Positions 28,576 to 38,190 of a stretch of 64,000 nucleotides of DNA are shown here, piece by piece (within the stretch, counting starts at the first letter, position 1; every line of letters starts with the position of its first letter). Under the pieces are notes generated by a model. It was not told the DNA's origin. It saw nothing but the letters and a program-made list of their open reading frames with translations, and did not search any database. A program made the translations under genes and the position numbers. Origin of the DNA: Acidobacteriota bacterium (GTDB lineage: Bacteria; Acidobacteriota; UBA6911; RPQK01; JAJDTT01); the NCBI GenBank assembly GCA_965217775.1, contig CBDCJH010000002.1, forward strand, positions 4,128,001 to 4,192,000, written 5' to 3'.

Positions 28576-29289
28576 ATGCGGGTCATTCTGATTGGCTGCG
28601 AGTACGCGGGCACCACCACGCTGGCCGACGGAATCCAGCGCTGGAGCCATGAGGTCATGGGCGAGGGACACGGCCTGGCGGCCTTCCATGACCACTGGAA
28701 GATCCCGCACGTCAGCGGGCATCCCGGGCTCGACGACGAGAACCTGTTCACTTCGGATGAGCAGGAGCAGTTCCTGGCCCTGACCCCCAAGACCATGGAG
28801 ATGGTCCAGCGCTACAGCATCACCTATCACCTCACCCCCGGCGCCCTGCGCAACCCGGATTACGTTTCGGTCGGCCTCCACATCGAAAACGCCATCTACG
28901 GGGCGCTGTACTTCGGCTACTACACCGGAGAGCAAGCCTGGATGCGCCGGGCCATTCTGGACCACTTCGAAGAGAGCATCCTGGAATTCGCGCCCGAGAT
29001 GCCGCTGGTGCTGGTCAAGGCGTCACCGGAGGCCATCGCCAAGCGGATGAAGGAGAACCCTCACCCCAACGGCGTCCTGAAGGAACCCGATATCGAACGG
29101 GTGCTGGAAGAGTTCGAGACCGAGTTCGAGCGGTCGTCCATGCGCAACAAGTTCAGCATCGACACGACTCGGAGGACTCCCGAGGAAACGCTGGCCGGGT
29201 TCCTGGAAGAGTTCGAACCCCACCTGAACGAAACCGACAAGCTCCGCATCCTGATCCACCGGGCCCGCCAGCGGGGCGAGTGGATCTGA
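28576..29289 (+). CDS. Hypothetical NMP-kinase-fold protein with atypical P-loop
   Basis: RVILIGCEYAGTTTLA; LVKASPEAIAKRM. Confidence 0.7.
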   Translation: MRVILIGCEYAGTTTLADGIQRWSHEVMGEGHGLAAFHDHWKIPHVSGHPGLDDENLFTSDEQEQFLALTPKTMEMVQRYSITYHLTPGALRNPDYVSVGLHIENAIYGALYFGYYTGEQAWMRRAILDHFEESILEFAPEMPLVLVKASPEAIAKRMKENPHPNGVLKEPDIERVLEEFETEFERSSMRNKFSIDTTRRTPEETLAGFLEEFEPHLNETDKLRILIHRARQRGEWI

Positions 29290-29314
29290 ACACTTGCCGG
29301 GAGAAGAGACCACC

Positions 29315-30361
29315 ATGACGGACACCATCAGGGTCGGCATCATCGGAGCCGGCAAGATCGCCCAGAACCGGCACATCCCGCTGCTGCAACAGGTTCCCGG
29401 GGTCGAGATCACTCATGCCTGGTCCCGCCGCGAGGAAACGGCTCAAACGGCGGCCCAGAGTTTCAATATTCCCAACCTGGTCGACCGGTGGGAGCGGATC
29501 ATCGAGAACCGCGACATCGACGCCGTGGTGATCGCCACGCCGCCCAATCTCCACCTGCCGGCCACCGTGGCCGCCCTGGATGCCGGCAAGCACGTCCTCT
29601 GCCAGGCGCGGATGGCGCGCAACCTGAACCAGGCTCTGCAGATGCTGGAAGCCTCCCGGAAGACCGATTTGGTCACCTCCCTTTATGCGGCCGGTTTCGG
29701 CCTCAAGGGGGACCGGGTGATGCGGCGGCTGATCGGGCAGGGCTACGTGGGAGACATCCTGGAAGTGCGGGTCACGTCGCTGCTTCAGGCGGTTCCCGAG
29801 GCCGGCGCCTGGCTGGTGGACCCGGAGGTGGTGGGCGTCAACACCATGATGCTGGGGATTCTGGCCGAGGTCGTCTACCGTTGGATCGATCCGCCCATTT
29901 CCCTGATCGCCACCACCGGCGAAGACCGGTTGGCCGTGCCCCAGTCCCTGTCCATCGGGGCCGAATTGCAGGGCGGAGCCACCGCCAGCTTCCACCTTTC
30001 GTTCCGGGTTCCCCGGGGCCCGGGTAGCTCGGTGGAGATCTACGGGACCCACGGGGTGCTGGACTACAAGCTGCTGGTGGAAAAACCGGGAGGCCTGGTG
30101 GAAGACGAGGAGCTGTTCGGCATGACCCGCGGGGACGCACGCGTGCATCCCATCGAGATGCCGCCGGAGGAACAGCGGGACCGGACCATGGATTCCGAGT
30201 TCATCGAGGCCATCCGGCACGGCACGCCCGTGGCTCCGGATTTCGCCGAGGGCGTCCGCTACATGGAGTTCTGCGAGGCGGTGGCTCAGTCGATCTACGA
30301 AGGCAGGAGGATTCCCATGCCGCCCGAGCCGAAGATGGACTCCTGGGGCCGCCCGCTGTAG
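29315..30361 (+). CDS. Gfo/Idh/MocA-family oxidoreductase
   Basis: VGIIGAG, IDAVVIATPPNLH, GKHVLCQARM. Confidence 0.9.
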   Translation: MTDTIRVGIIGAGKIAQNRHIPLLQQVPGVEITHAWSRREETAQTAAQSFNIPNLVDRWERIIENRDIDAVVIATPPNLHLPATVAALDAGKHVLCQARMARNLNQALQMLEASRKTDLVTSLYAAGFGLKGDRVMRRLIGQGYVGDILEVRVTSLLQAVPEAGAWLVDPEVVGVNTMMLGILAEVVYRWIDPPISLIATTGEDRLAVPQSLSIGAELQGGATASFHLSFRVPRGPGSSVEIYGTHGVLDYKLLVEKPGGLVEDEELFGMTRGDARVHPIEMPPEEQRDRTMDSEFIEAIRHGTPVAPDFAEGVRYMEFCEAVAQSIYEGRRIPMPPEPKMDSWGRPL

Positions 30362-30362
30362 G

Positions 30363-30404
30363 TCGTTCACAACTTATCCACAGTTTTCCCAGAATTTTTC
30401 CACA
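30363..30404 (+). promoter_or_regulatory. DnaA-box-like 9-mer array with 11-bp period
   Basis: TCGTTCACA, TTATCCACA (perfect), TTTCCCAGA, TTTTCCACA at 30363, 30374, 30385, 30396. Confidence 0.45.
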
Positions 30405-30406
30405 CC

Positions 30407-31900
30407 TTGGACCAAGCCAGCTTCGGCACCCTCAACTCCCTGGTCCTGGTGGCCTACCTGATCGGCGTCACCGTGCTGGCGCTGTCACTGGCGGGACGCC
30501 AGCGGAACACCGAGTCCTATTTTCTGGCCGGACGGAGCATGCCCTGGCTGGCCGTTGCGTTGAGCACCGTCGCCAGCATGCTGAGCGGTCTCACCTATCT
30601 GGGCGCTCCGGCGGCGGCCTACAAGGACAACGCCTCCCTCATGCTGGCGGGACCGGCGGCACTGCTGGCCACGCCGCTGATCATCGCTCTCTACTTCCCC
30701 ATCTACCGGAGGCTCAAGGTCACGACCGTCTACGAGTACGTCAGCGCCCGCTTCGGGAACCGGGCGCGGTACGCCGCCTCGGCCCTGGCCGTGCTCCAGA
30801 TCCAGGGCTGGATGGGAATCGCCCTCTACGCGCCGGCCCTGGCTCTTTCCACCGTCTCCGGGATCGATCTGACCCGCGCCATACTGCTCATGGGCCTGGT
30901 GGCCACCGCGTACACCTGCACGGGAGGACTCGCGGCCGTGATCTGGACCGACGTGATCCAGTTCCTGATCCTGACGGCGGGCGCGGTGCTGGTCGCCTTC
31001 TCCCTGGTCGAGAGGCTCCCGGGAGGCCTGGATCAATTTTTCGAGATCGTGACCGCCGCGGACAAGCTGGGCCTGGCCGACACCCGCTTCGATTTCGCCG
31101 AGGCCACCGGGCTGGCGGTGGTCCTCTGTTTCTTCATCACGGGGTTCGGATACGGAAACAACCAAGTGGTCATGCAGCGCCTGTTCGCGGCCCGCAGCCG
31201 CCGCGAAATGGCCCGGGCGCTGATGCTGGATCGAGTGCTGGAGATCCTCGTAGCCGCACTCCTCTACCTGATCGGTCTTGGGATATTCGCCTACTTCCAG
31301 GTATTTCCCGAGAGTCTGGCCCCGGGGATCGCCGGTGACCGGATCCTGCCCTACTACATCGTCCACGCCCTGCCGGCCGGAGTCTCGGGCCTGCTCATCG
31401 CCGCCGTCTTCGCCGCGGCCATGTCCACGGTGGATTCGGGAATTCATTCCTCAGCCACCATGATCCAGGTCGACTTCGTGACACCGCTCCGGAAACGGCC
31501 TCTGACCCAGCGCCAGAGTCTGACGCTGGCCCGGGCCATGACGGCGGGTCTGGGTCTGCTGGCGACCGCCGCCGCCCTGCTGGTTTCGGAGGGAGCGGGG
31601 ATTCTGGAAACCATGAGCAAGGTGGGCAGCCTCACGGCCGCCCCCGTCACGGCCCTCTTCCTGCTGGGAGTCCTGACCCGGAGAGGACATTTCCTGGCTT
31701 GGCTGGCCGCCACCCTGGGGATCTCTCTACCGCTCAGCATCTACCTGCAGAACTTCGTCGAGATGCACTGGATCTTCTACGCGCCCATTGCCCTGGTGAG
31801 CTGCCTGTCCGGGTCTTGGATCTTCAGCCTGCTGCTGAGATCAGGGTCGAGCCACGATCGCGACGTTACGGGATTGACCATCTGGGAACGGCGAGACTGA
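30407..31900 (+). CDS. Sodium:solute symporter (SSS family)
   Basis: YFLAGRSMPW, GGLAAVIWTDVIQ, QRLF, AAAMSTVDSG; many TM segments. Confidence 0.92.
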   Translation: MDQASFGTLNSLVLVAYLIGVTVLALSLAGRQRNTESYFLAGRSMPWLAVALSTVASMLSGLTYLGAPAAAYKDNASLMLAGPAALLATPLIIALYFPIYRRLKVTTVYEYVSARFGNRARYAASALAVLQIQGWMGIALYAPALALSTVSGIDLTRAILLMGLVATAYTCTGGLAAVIWTDVIQFLILTAGAVLVAFSLVERLPGGLDQFFEIVTAADKLGLADTRFDFAEATGLAVVLCFFITGFGYGNNQVVMQRLFAARSRREMARALMLDRVLEILVAALLYLIGLGIFAYFQVFPESLAPGIAGDRILPYYIVHALPAGVSGLLIAAVFAAAMSTVDSGIHSSATMIQVDFVTPLRKRPLTQRQSLTLARAMTAGLGLLATAAALLVSEGAGILETMSKVGSLTAAPVTALFLLGVLTRRGHFLAWLAATLGISLPLSIYLQNFVEMHWIFYAPIALVSCLSGSWIFSLLLRSGSSHDRDVTGLTIWERRD

Positions 31901-31976
31901 CCTCTGCCTACCGATCGGTTTCGGCCCAACACCGGCAAGACGACGGCATCAATGGTGGCGGATTGCAAACCTACAC

Positions 31977-32083
31977 CGTAGGGGCTCCCCTTGTGGGGGC
32001 CCTCTTCGTTCCGAACACTCGGCAGCACGCACGAAGAGGGCGACCACAAGGGTCGCCCCTACGAAAGGGACGGGGGAAAGTCC
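31977..32083 (+). repeat. GTAG-type REP doublet (REPIN), copy 1
   Basis: CGTAGGGGCTCCCCTTGTGGGGGCCC...GGGCGACCACAAGGGTCGCCCCTACG; direct copy at 32921. Confidence 0.85.
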
Positions 32084-32090
32084 AGAATTA

Positions 32091-32117
32091 AACAGCATGA
32101 CGACATGCTGTTATGAT
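32091..32117 (+). promoter_or_regulatory. vapBC operator palindrome and extended -10
   Basis: AACAGCATG-acga-CATGCTGTT overlapping TGnTATGAT, just before ATG 32124. Confidence 0.6.
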
Positions 32118-32123
32118 GGCACC

Positions 32124-32369
32124 ATGGTTCGAACTCAGATTCAATTTGAAGAGAGACAATACCAGCAGATCCGGACTCTGGCTCATCGAAAGAGGATTTC
32201 CATTTCCGAAGCGGTTCGCCGCCTCGTCCGCCAGAGTCTCCGGGAAGGTTTAAAGCAAAAACAGACCGGCGTGGAGGCCCTGTTGAGCATTGCCGGCATT
32301 GCGGCCAGTGGCGTGAACGATCTGGGCCGTCGTCACGACGACTACCTGGCGGAAACTTACGACAAATGA
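32124..32369 (+). CDS. vapB: RHH/CopG-type antitoxin
   Basis: MVRTQIQF...ISISEAVRRLV...DLGRRHDDYL; ATGA overlap with the PIN gene. Confidence 0.82.
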   Translation: MVRTQIQFEERQYQQIRTLAHRKRISISEAVRRLVRQSLREGLKQKQTGVEALLSIAGIAASGVNDLGRRHDDYLAETYDK

Positions 32370-32773
32370 CGTCGATCTTCGTCGACACCTCGGCCCTCTT
32401 GCCCCTCCTGGATCGAGACGATCAAGACCATGGTTACCTTGTGGATGCCGTGGGCACTCTCAGCAGCTCTCAGACGGCCTTGATCACCTCTTCCTACGTG
32501 TTGGTTGAAGCGGGGTCCCTCGTCCGTTCCCGATTGGGGATATCCGCCTTTCGGCGGTTGGGCGAGATCATGGAACGTGATGTGGAAATCGTCTGGGTCG
32601 ATGAGGAGTTGCATCGTCGAGCCTGGAAAAAAGCCAGTGCTGGAGGCAAGAGAGCACCCGGTCTTGTCGACTGGGTCAGTTTTCTTCTGATGGCCGAGTT
32701 GGACATAACGACTGCCCTCGCCCGGGATCACCACTTCGTCCAACAGGGTTTCAGAATTCTGCCGAATCCATGA
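32366..32773 (+). CDS. vapC: PIN-domain toxin
   Basis: IFVDTSA, YVLVE, LVDWVSF, DHHF. Confidence 0.9.
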   Translation: MTSIFVDTSALLPLLDRDDQDHGYLVDAVGTLSSSQTALITSSYVLVEAGSLVRSRLGISAFRRLGEIMERDVEIVWVDEELHRRAWKKASAGGKRAPGLVDWVSFLLMAELDITTALARDHHFVQQGFRILPNP

Positions 32774-32920
32774 GGACCACTCACGAACCGTAGCAGCCCC
32801 GTGTACGGTCAACCTGAATCAAACGCAGGGCGGGAAAAATAGACTGTCCGCTTGTAGTCCCCGGGTTTCTGCCCTTGTAATTCCCGCGACTTCCATCACC
32901 CCGCACTGAATATCGGGGAC

Positions 32921-33031
32921 CGTAGGGGCACCCCTTGTGGGTGCCCTCTTCGTTCCAAACGCTCGGCAGCACGCAGGAAGAGGGCGACCACATACAAGGG
33001 TCGCCCCTACGAAACAGACGGGGGAAAATCC
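32921..33031 (+). repeat. GTAG-type REP doublet (REPIN), copy 2
   Basis: Near-identical direct repeat of 31977-32083. Confidence 0.85.
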
Positions 33032-33050
33032 TGGGTTCAGGGTGAGTTAA

Positions 33051-33208
33051 CAGCCCGTGGCAAAAGTCGTCACGGCATTCGACCGTCCCTGCATCCCGGC
33101 GGACTGCGTTGCGACTCGGTCACATACTCCCGGTATGCTCCCTCATCGCGCCTTGTCCGGCGGGCGCAGGAACGGTCTCGGTGCTCGCGCGACTTTCACC
33201 ACGGGCTG
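33051..33208. mobile_element. 158-bp MITE, copy 2
   Basis: TIRs CAGCCCGTGG...CCACGGGCTG; flanked by TTAA on both sides. Confidence 0.88.
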
Positions 33209-33235
33209 TTAACGCTGCGCATTTTCCTCTGCCCT

Positions 33236-34861
33236 TCAACGCCCGTTTCGGAAGCCGAAGGAGAAGAGCTTGGCCTGCTTCAGATGGAAGCGCAGCTTAA
33301 CCGGTTTTCCGACCAGGCGGCTCACGCCGCCCTTGCCCTTCCAGGTTACGGCGGCGCGAACCGAGTCGCCCTGGAAGGCATCGCAGTCTTCCCTGGCGTA
33401 GCCTGGTATCGGCCGTCCCGTCTCGGGATCCAGGATTTCGGCGGCGACTTCGCCCTGGGGACCGGCCGTATTGGCATTGATCTCCAACCGGTCTCCATCG
33501 AAGACCAGCGGCTTGGTGGTCATCGAGCCGTCGCCTGCGGTCAGCGAAACGAAACCGTCCAGCCGCAGCGTGGCCAGCGACACCGAGCTCTCCTGATTCT
33601 GGCCCCGCCGAACGGCCCAGTGTCCCCGCTCGAACCCCACGTAGTAGATCCGGATCTCGCCCAGCTCCTCCCGCACCACCGGCTGCTGCGCCACGAAGAT
33701 CATGCCGCCGTCGTAGCTCCCCTCGGGACCGTTGGGGATGAAGGTGCGCCGATCCCCCACCCGCTGCCAGTTCCTGCCGTCGCGGCTGAAGGCCAACTGG
33801 ATGTCGATTCGATCCATCCAGGGATTTCGGGCGTTGCCCCGCACCGGAGGCATCTCGGGCTCCATTCCGGGACAGACGTGATAGGGGGTGAGGAAGCCGA
33901 CGTAGACACCTTCGTACTGGAGGATCTCGAAGGTGTAGAAACCGGCGGTGCAGGGGCCGTCCTCGGCGTCGGGCGGGACCAGGATGTACTTCCGGTTCAC
34001 CTCCACCGGATCCCGCATGTCCTTGGGAGCGTCCCAGCGGATGAAGTCGGGACTGGTGGCGATTCCGGGAGTCCTGACGTTCCCTTTCCGGTTCTTGAAG
34101 TGAAATCTCGGATCGTCGGCGAAGAGGGGCGGCTTGAGCCGGATGTGGGCCACGTAGCTCTCCCGTTTCCCGTCCCAGAACACCGCCTGGTGGGTGTCGT
34201 TGTTCAGATAGACCGGATTCACTTCGGGGTACGGGTAGTCCTTCCAGCGGATGCCGTCGGCCGAGTACGCGGCCCAGACGCCGCTTTTGGGCCGGCGCCG
34301 GTTGTAGAGCATCTTGTAGCGCTTTTCCGGGTCGGCTTCGTGGAGATCCTTGAAGACTCCCGGAGCACCCAGCCGATGGGCGTCGCCGAACACGAAGTTG
34401 TGGGAGCGGGCCGCCTCCCTCCGGCAGTAGTCCGACTTGTATTCGAACTGTCCCACCGCCGGCTTCTCCCAACTGAGGCCGTCTTCGGAGACGTAATAGC
34501 CGAGCAGGCTGGTGGACCAGTCGTAGTTGACCGCCTGGTTCCACATCTTGAAGCGGCGGTCCTCCTTGTCGTAGACGAGGTTGGGAGAGTTGGCGAAGTG
34601 CATGTCCGCCTCCCAACACTGGTCCATCTCGATCACCGGATTCCCGGCGTACTTGAGAGGCTGGTTCAAGAGCTTGAAGACGGTGCCGTCCAGCGACTCG
34701 ATGACATAGTCGTCGATGAAGAGCTGCTTGTCGGTGCCGATCTCCAGCACCGCGGCGGGAACCGGCGGCGTCAACGACAGCACCAGGAGCAGAACCAGAC
34801 GGACGGGGCCTGCGGCGGGAACGGTTTTGTCCGGATGACGGGACTTCTTCCTGTGATTCAT
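33236..34861 (-). CDS. Secreted beta-propeller glycosidase-like protein (paralogue 3, subfamily C)
   Basis: KQLFIDD, SEDGLSWEKP, QLAFSRDG, LRLDGFVSL. Confidence 0.85.
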   Translation of the reverse strand: MNHRKKSRHPDKTVPAAGPVRLVLLLVLSLTPPVPAAVLEIGTDKQLFIDDYVIESLDGTVFKLLNQPLKYAGNPVIEMDQCWEADMHFANSPNLVYDKEDRRFKMWNQAVNYDWSTSLLGYYVSEDGLSWEKPAVGQFEYKSDYCRREAARSHNFVFGDAHRLGAPGVFKDLHEADPEKRYKMLYNRRRPKSGVWAAYSADGIRWKDYPYPEVNPVYLNNDTHQAVFWDGKRESYVAHIRLKPPLFADDPRFHFKNRKGNVRTPGIATSPDFIRWDAPKDMRDPVEVNRKYILVPPDAEDGPCTAGFYTFEILQYEGVYVGFLTPYHVCPGMEPEMPPVRGNARNPWMDRIDIQLAFSRDGRNWQRVGDRRTFIPNGPEGSYDGGMIFVAQQPVVREELGEIRIYYVGFERGHWAVRRGQNQESSVSLATLRLDGFVSLTAGDGSMTTKPLVFDGDRLEINANTAGPQGEVAAEILDPETGRPIPGYAREDCDAFQGDSVRAAVTWKGKGGVSRLVGKPVKLRFHLKQAKLFSFGFRNGR

Positions 34862-34973
34862 GTTGCCTCCGATTGCTGCTCGGGCGTGACGAGGGGAACT
34901 CAGAGTTGGTACAAGAATAGCTCAATATGGTTCCAGTCCTCGGTGGACGACTCCTCGAAGCGGAGAATTACGG

Positions 34974-36449
34974 ATGAAAGCAGGACTGATCGCCGCGTGT
35001 TTCGTCTTCGTGACCCTCGCCGTGGTAGCCGGGCCCTCGCCCAGGGTGCAGCCCGAATCCGTGGCCATCGGCTCCCGCCTGGAGCTGTTCGTGGACGGCC
35101 ACCTGATCGAGTCGTTGAAGGGAGCGCGGCTGGAGCTTCATCCACCCCGGCCCGCGGAGCGGGTGCTCTTTTTCGACCGGGATTGGGAAGGGGGAAACAG
35201 CGGCTACGTCACCGTATTCCGGGACGGCGGCCGATACCGCATGTACTACCGGGGCGCCAGCTCGAAGGGATACGCCGTCCCCTCCCTGTCGAGGCCGGGA
35301 GAAACGCCCGTGCCGGAGCACCCCCAGGTGGCCTGCTACGCCGAGAGTCCTGACGGGATCGCCTGGAGCAGGCCTTCGCTCGGCCTCTTCGAGTTCAACG
35401 GCTCAACCGACAACAACATCGTCTGGACCGGCTCCGGCGGGCACAACTTCTCCCCCTTCAAGGACACGAATCCCGACGCCCCTCCCGAGCAGCGCTACAA
35501 GGCCGTGGGGAGCGGCCGCATCGACGGAAAACCGGCGCTGCTGGGATACGTCTCTCCGGACGGCATCCGCTGGAAGAGACTGCGGCAGGAGCCGCTTCTC
35601 ACCGACGGAAAATTCGACTCCCTGAACGTGGCCTTCTGGGACTCGGTGCGGAATCGGTACGCCGCCTTCTACCGCGACTTCCGACACGGCGTACGCACCA
35701 TCAAACATGCCACCTCGCCGAACTTCCTGGATTGGACTCCCGGGCAATGGGGCGACTTCGGGGATACCCCTCCGGAGCACCTCTACACCAACGGGACGGT
35801 GGCCTACTTTCGCGCCCCGCACCTCTTCCTGGCCCTGCCCCGGCGCTTTCTGCCCTGGCGGAAGCTCTACCCGGACGCCCCGGTGCCGGGCGCGTCCGAC
35901 GGGGTCTTCATGAGCAGCCGCGACGGGGTCCACTGGGACCGGCGCTTCCTGGAGTCGTTCATCCGGCCCGGTCGCGACCCCCGCAACTGGCCTCAGCGGA
36001 CCAACACTCCGGCGCGGGGCATTGTCCCAACCGCCGAGGATGAGATCTCCCTCTACGTCGAACGTCACCGGTCGTCACCGACCAACCATCTGCAGCGGCT
36101 GGTGTTGCGCACCGACGGGTTCGTCTCGGTCCACGCCGGCTACTCCGGCGGGGAGATGATCACCAGGCCGTTCGTCTTTCAGGACGCCAACCTGGTGCTC
36201 AACTTCTCCACCTCGGCCGCCGGCAGCATCCGGATTGAGATTCAGGATGCGCACGGCCGCCCCTGTCCGGGGTTTGCCTTGGAGGAGTCGCCTCTGATCT
36301 GGGGCGATGAGATCGAGCACGTGGTCCGGTGGGAACGAACTCATCCCAAGGCGACCTCGGAAAAGCCTCTGGCCCATCTCGCCGGGAAGCCGCTGCGGCT
36401 GCGCCTGGTGCTGAAGGACGCGGATCTCTACTCCCTGAGATTCCGGTAG
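34974..36449 (+). CDS. Secreted beta-propeller glycosidase-like protein (paralogue 4, subfamily A)
   Basis: ELFVD, YAESPDG, SRDGVHW, LRTDGFVS, DADLYSLRF. Confidence 0.85.
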   Translation: MKAGLIAACFVFVTLAVVAGPSPRVQPESVAIGSRLELFVDGHLIESLKGARLELHPPRPAERVLFFDRDWEGGNSGYVTVFRDGGRYRMYYRGASSKGYAVPSLSRPGETPVPEHPQVACYAESPDGIAWSRPSLGLFEFNGSTDNNIVWTGSGGHNFSPFKDTNPDAPPEQRYKAVGSGRIDGKPALLGYVSPDGIRWKRLRQEPLLTDGKFDSLNVAFWDSVRNRYAAFYRDFRHGVRTIKHATSPNFLDWTPGQWGDFGDTPPEHLYTNGTVAYFRAPHLFLALPRRFLPWRKLYPDAPVPGASDGVFMSSRDGVHWDRRFLESFIRPGRDPRNWPQRTNTPARGIVPTAEDEISLYVERHRSSPTNHLQRLVLRTDGFVSVHAGYSGGEMITRPFVFQDANLVLNFSTSAAGSIRIEIQDAHGRPCPGFALEESPLIWGDEIEHVVRWERTHPKATSEKPLAHLAGKPLRLRLVLKDADLYSLRFR

Positions 36450-36501
36450 CGGGCCGAGCAACGGTGCTCCGGTTCCCGGCCCGACTGAATGGTTCACGTC
36501 A

Positions 36502-37368
36502 ATGGACATCAACTTCATACCCCATCCGTTTCAGGGTACGCCCTACGGCGAAGCGCTCGACCTGGCGATCGTTTTCGCCATCGCCTGCTGGCTCTTGTCG
36601 GTCATCACCCGTGAATACTCCTGGGTGGACCGCATCTGGTCCATCTGTCCCGCCATCTATTGCCTGATCGTGGCCGCCGACTCGGATTTCAGTTCGACGC
36701 GGCTCAACGTCATGTCGCTCCTGGTGGTTGCGTGGGGGGTTCGATTGACCTTCAATTTCGCGCGCAGAGGCGGTTACCGGGCCGGCGGTGAAGACTACCG
36801 CTGGAAAGTCGTGCAGGAAAGACTGGGCCCGGTCAAGTTTCAATTCCTCAATATCACCTTCGTCGCACCCGGACAGATGTTCGTGATCTGGTTATTTACA
36901 TCTCCTGTGCACCAGGCATGGTCGGGACGCAATCAAACATTAAATCATGTTGATATTATTGCAATTATTCTATTTATGATCTTTTTGGTGATAGAAACGA
37001 TAAATGACGAACGGATGTGGGCGTTTCAGCAAGACAAGAAGCGTAAGTTCAAGGCCGGCGAGCCCGTAACGCAGACTTTTATCACGAGCGGGTTCTTCAA
37101 ATACTGTCGCCATCCCAGTTATATATGTGAAATGGCCATGTGGACCGTATTTTATCTGTTCGGGATCGCGGCGACGAATCAATGGATCCATTGGTCCGGA
37201 CTTGGATTTATTTTTCTTATGTTTATAATTGCCGGATCGACAAGATTGGGCGAATCCATATCTGTAGATCGATACCCTTCTTATCGAGATTATCAAGCCT
37301 CGACACCTCGATATATTCCTTTTACTCGCATAGGTTGCATTAAATCCGCTGGCAAGTCGCCGGTTTGA
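36502..37368 (+). CDS. DUF1295 membrane protein (steroid 5-alpha-reductase/ICMT-like)
   Basis: SWVDRIWS, WGVRL, GEDYRW, RHPSYICE, YQ. Confidence 0.85.
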   Translation: MDINFIPHPFQGTPYGEALDLAIVFAIACWLLSVITREYSWVDRIWSICPAIYCLIVAADSDFSSTRLNVMSLLVVAWGVRLTFNFARRGGYRAGGEDYRWKVVQERLGPVKFQFLNITFVAPGQMFVIWLFTSPVHQAWSGRNQTLNHVDIIAIILFMIFLVIETINDERMWAFQQDKKRKFKAGEPVTQTFITSGFFKYCRHPSYICEMAMWTVFYLFGIAATNQWIHWSGLGFIFLMFIIAGSTRLGESISVDRYPSYRDYQASTPRYIPFTRIGCIKSAGKSPV

Positions 37369-37581
37369 TCTTTTATTTATACATGTATAAATAAAGGGGG
37401 TTTCTTTCTCTCAGGATCCTCCTGACCTGAGCGATGAGGTTAACGGGGGGGTTCGAATCTCGCTCGGAAAGCTGTCGTTGCGGGGAAATAGGGGATTCGA
37501 CCATTGACTTCGACCGACACCAACCGACAAAGAGAACCCTTGAGGGCAACTCTCCAGAAACAGCTCCATCGGCCGACGTCG

Positions 37582-38190
37582 TTACGGAGCCAGGACTCGA
37601 ATTCGAAATTTGCTTCGCAGGTCTTCTACGAAAACTTTCAACGACCGCTCCATTCTTCCGGCCCGGTACAGATCCATCTTCTCTGCAAGCTCGGCCGCGA
37701 ACTCAATCCCACCGAGCGTTTGAGGATGACCTCCCCTCTGAATCGCCGTCCGAAGAACCGTCTTATAGTAGTTCCTCTCGCATTTTTCGGAACCGAGATC
37801 AGGTTGACCCCCAACGACGTCGTAGAAAGAATTCACATCTGCCATATACCAGCGCTCGATATGAGGGTCAGGACAGGCTGCAACCAGCAGATGAAGATAA
37901 TCTTGTCCCACTGCATCTTCGATACTGGATCTGGTTTGTGCAAAGCTATTGCAGTTGGAGTCGATAGCGACAATGATCATATCCAAAGTGGCATTGAGGC
38001 CGAGATGTTGCCGATACTGCAGATAGAATCCAAGTTCACTGATGACTCGTGGGTGACCGCCGTGCGCCGTTCTTACTTGGCAACGGACGTCCGCGCCTTC
38101 TTCCATGGCAATGCGCTTCACCAATGGCACAAGCAATTTCTCGTGTGCTGCGTCTTCCATGAAAAGCTCGACGGCCAGAGCCTCACTCAT
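37582..38190 (-). CDS. DUF4276/TOPRIM-like protein
   Basis: ELFMED, IVAIDSN, PDPHIERWYMAD; start overlaps the ATPase stop. Confidence 0.7.
   Translation of the reverse strand: MSEALAVELFMEDAAHEKLLVPLVKRIAMEEGADVRCQVRTAHGGHPRVISELGFYLQYRQHLGLNATLDMIIVAIDSNCNSFAQTRSSIEDAVGQDYLHLLVAACPDPHIERWYMADVNSFYDVVGGQPDLGSEKCERNYYKTVLRTAIQRGGHPQTLGGIEFAAELAEKMDLYRAGRMERSLKVFVEDLRSKFRIRVLAP

Noticed and set aside
31977-33212. CRISPR array or integron attC cassettes
   Set aside because: Only two long palindromic copies, no regular spacers, no cas or intI; REP and MITE features explain them.
37440-37470. tRNA T-arm-like GGGGGTTCGAATC
   Set aside because: Poor stem pairing, and no acceptor stem, anticodon arm or CCA.
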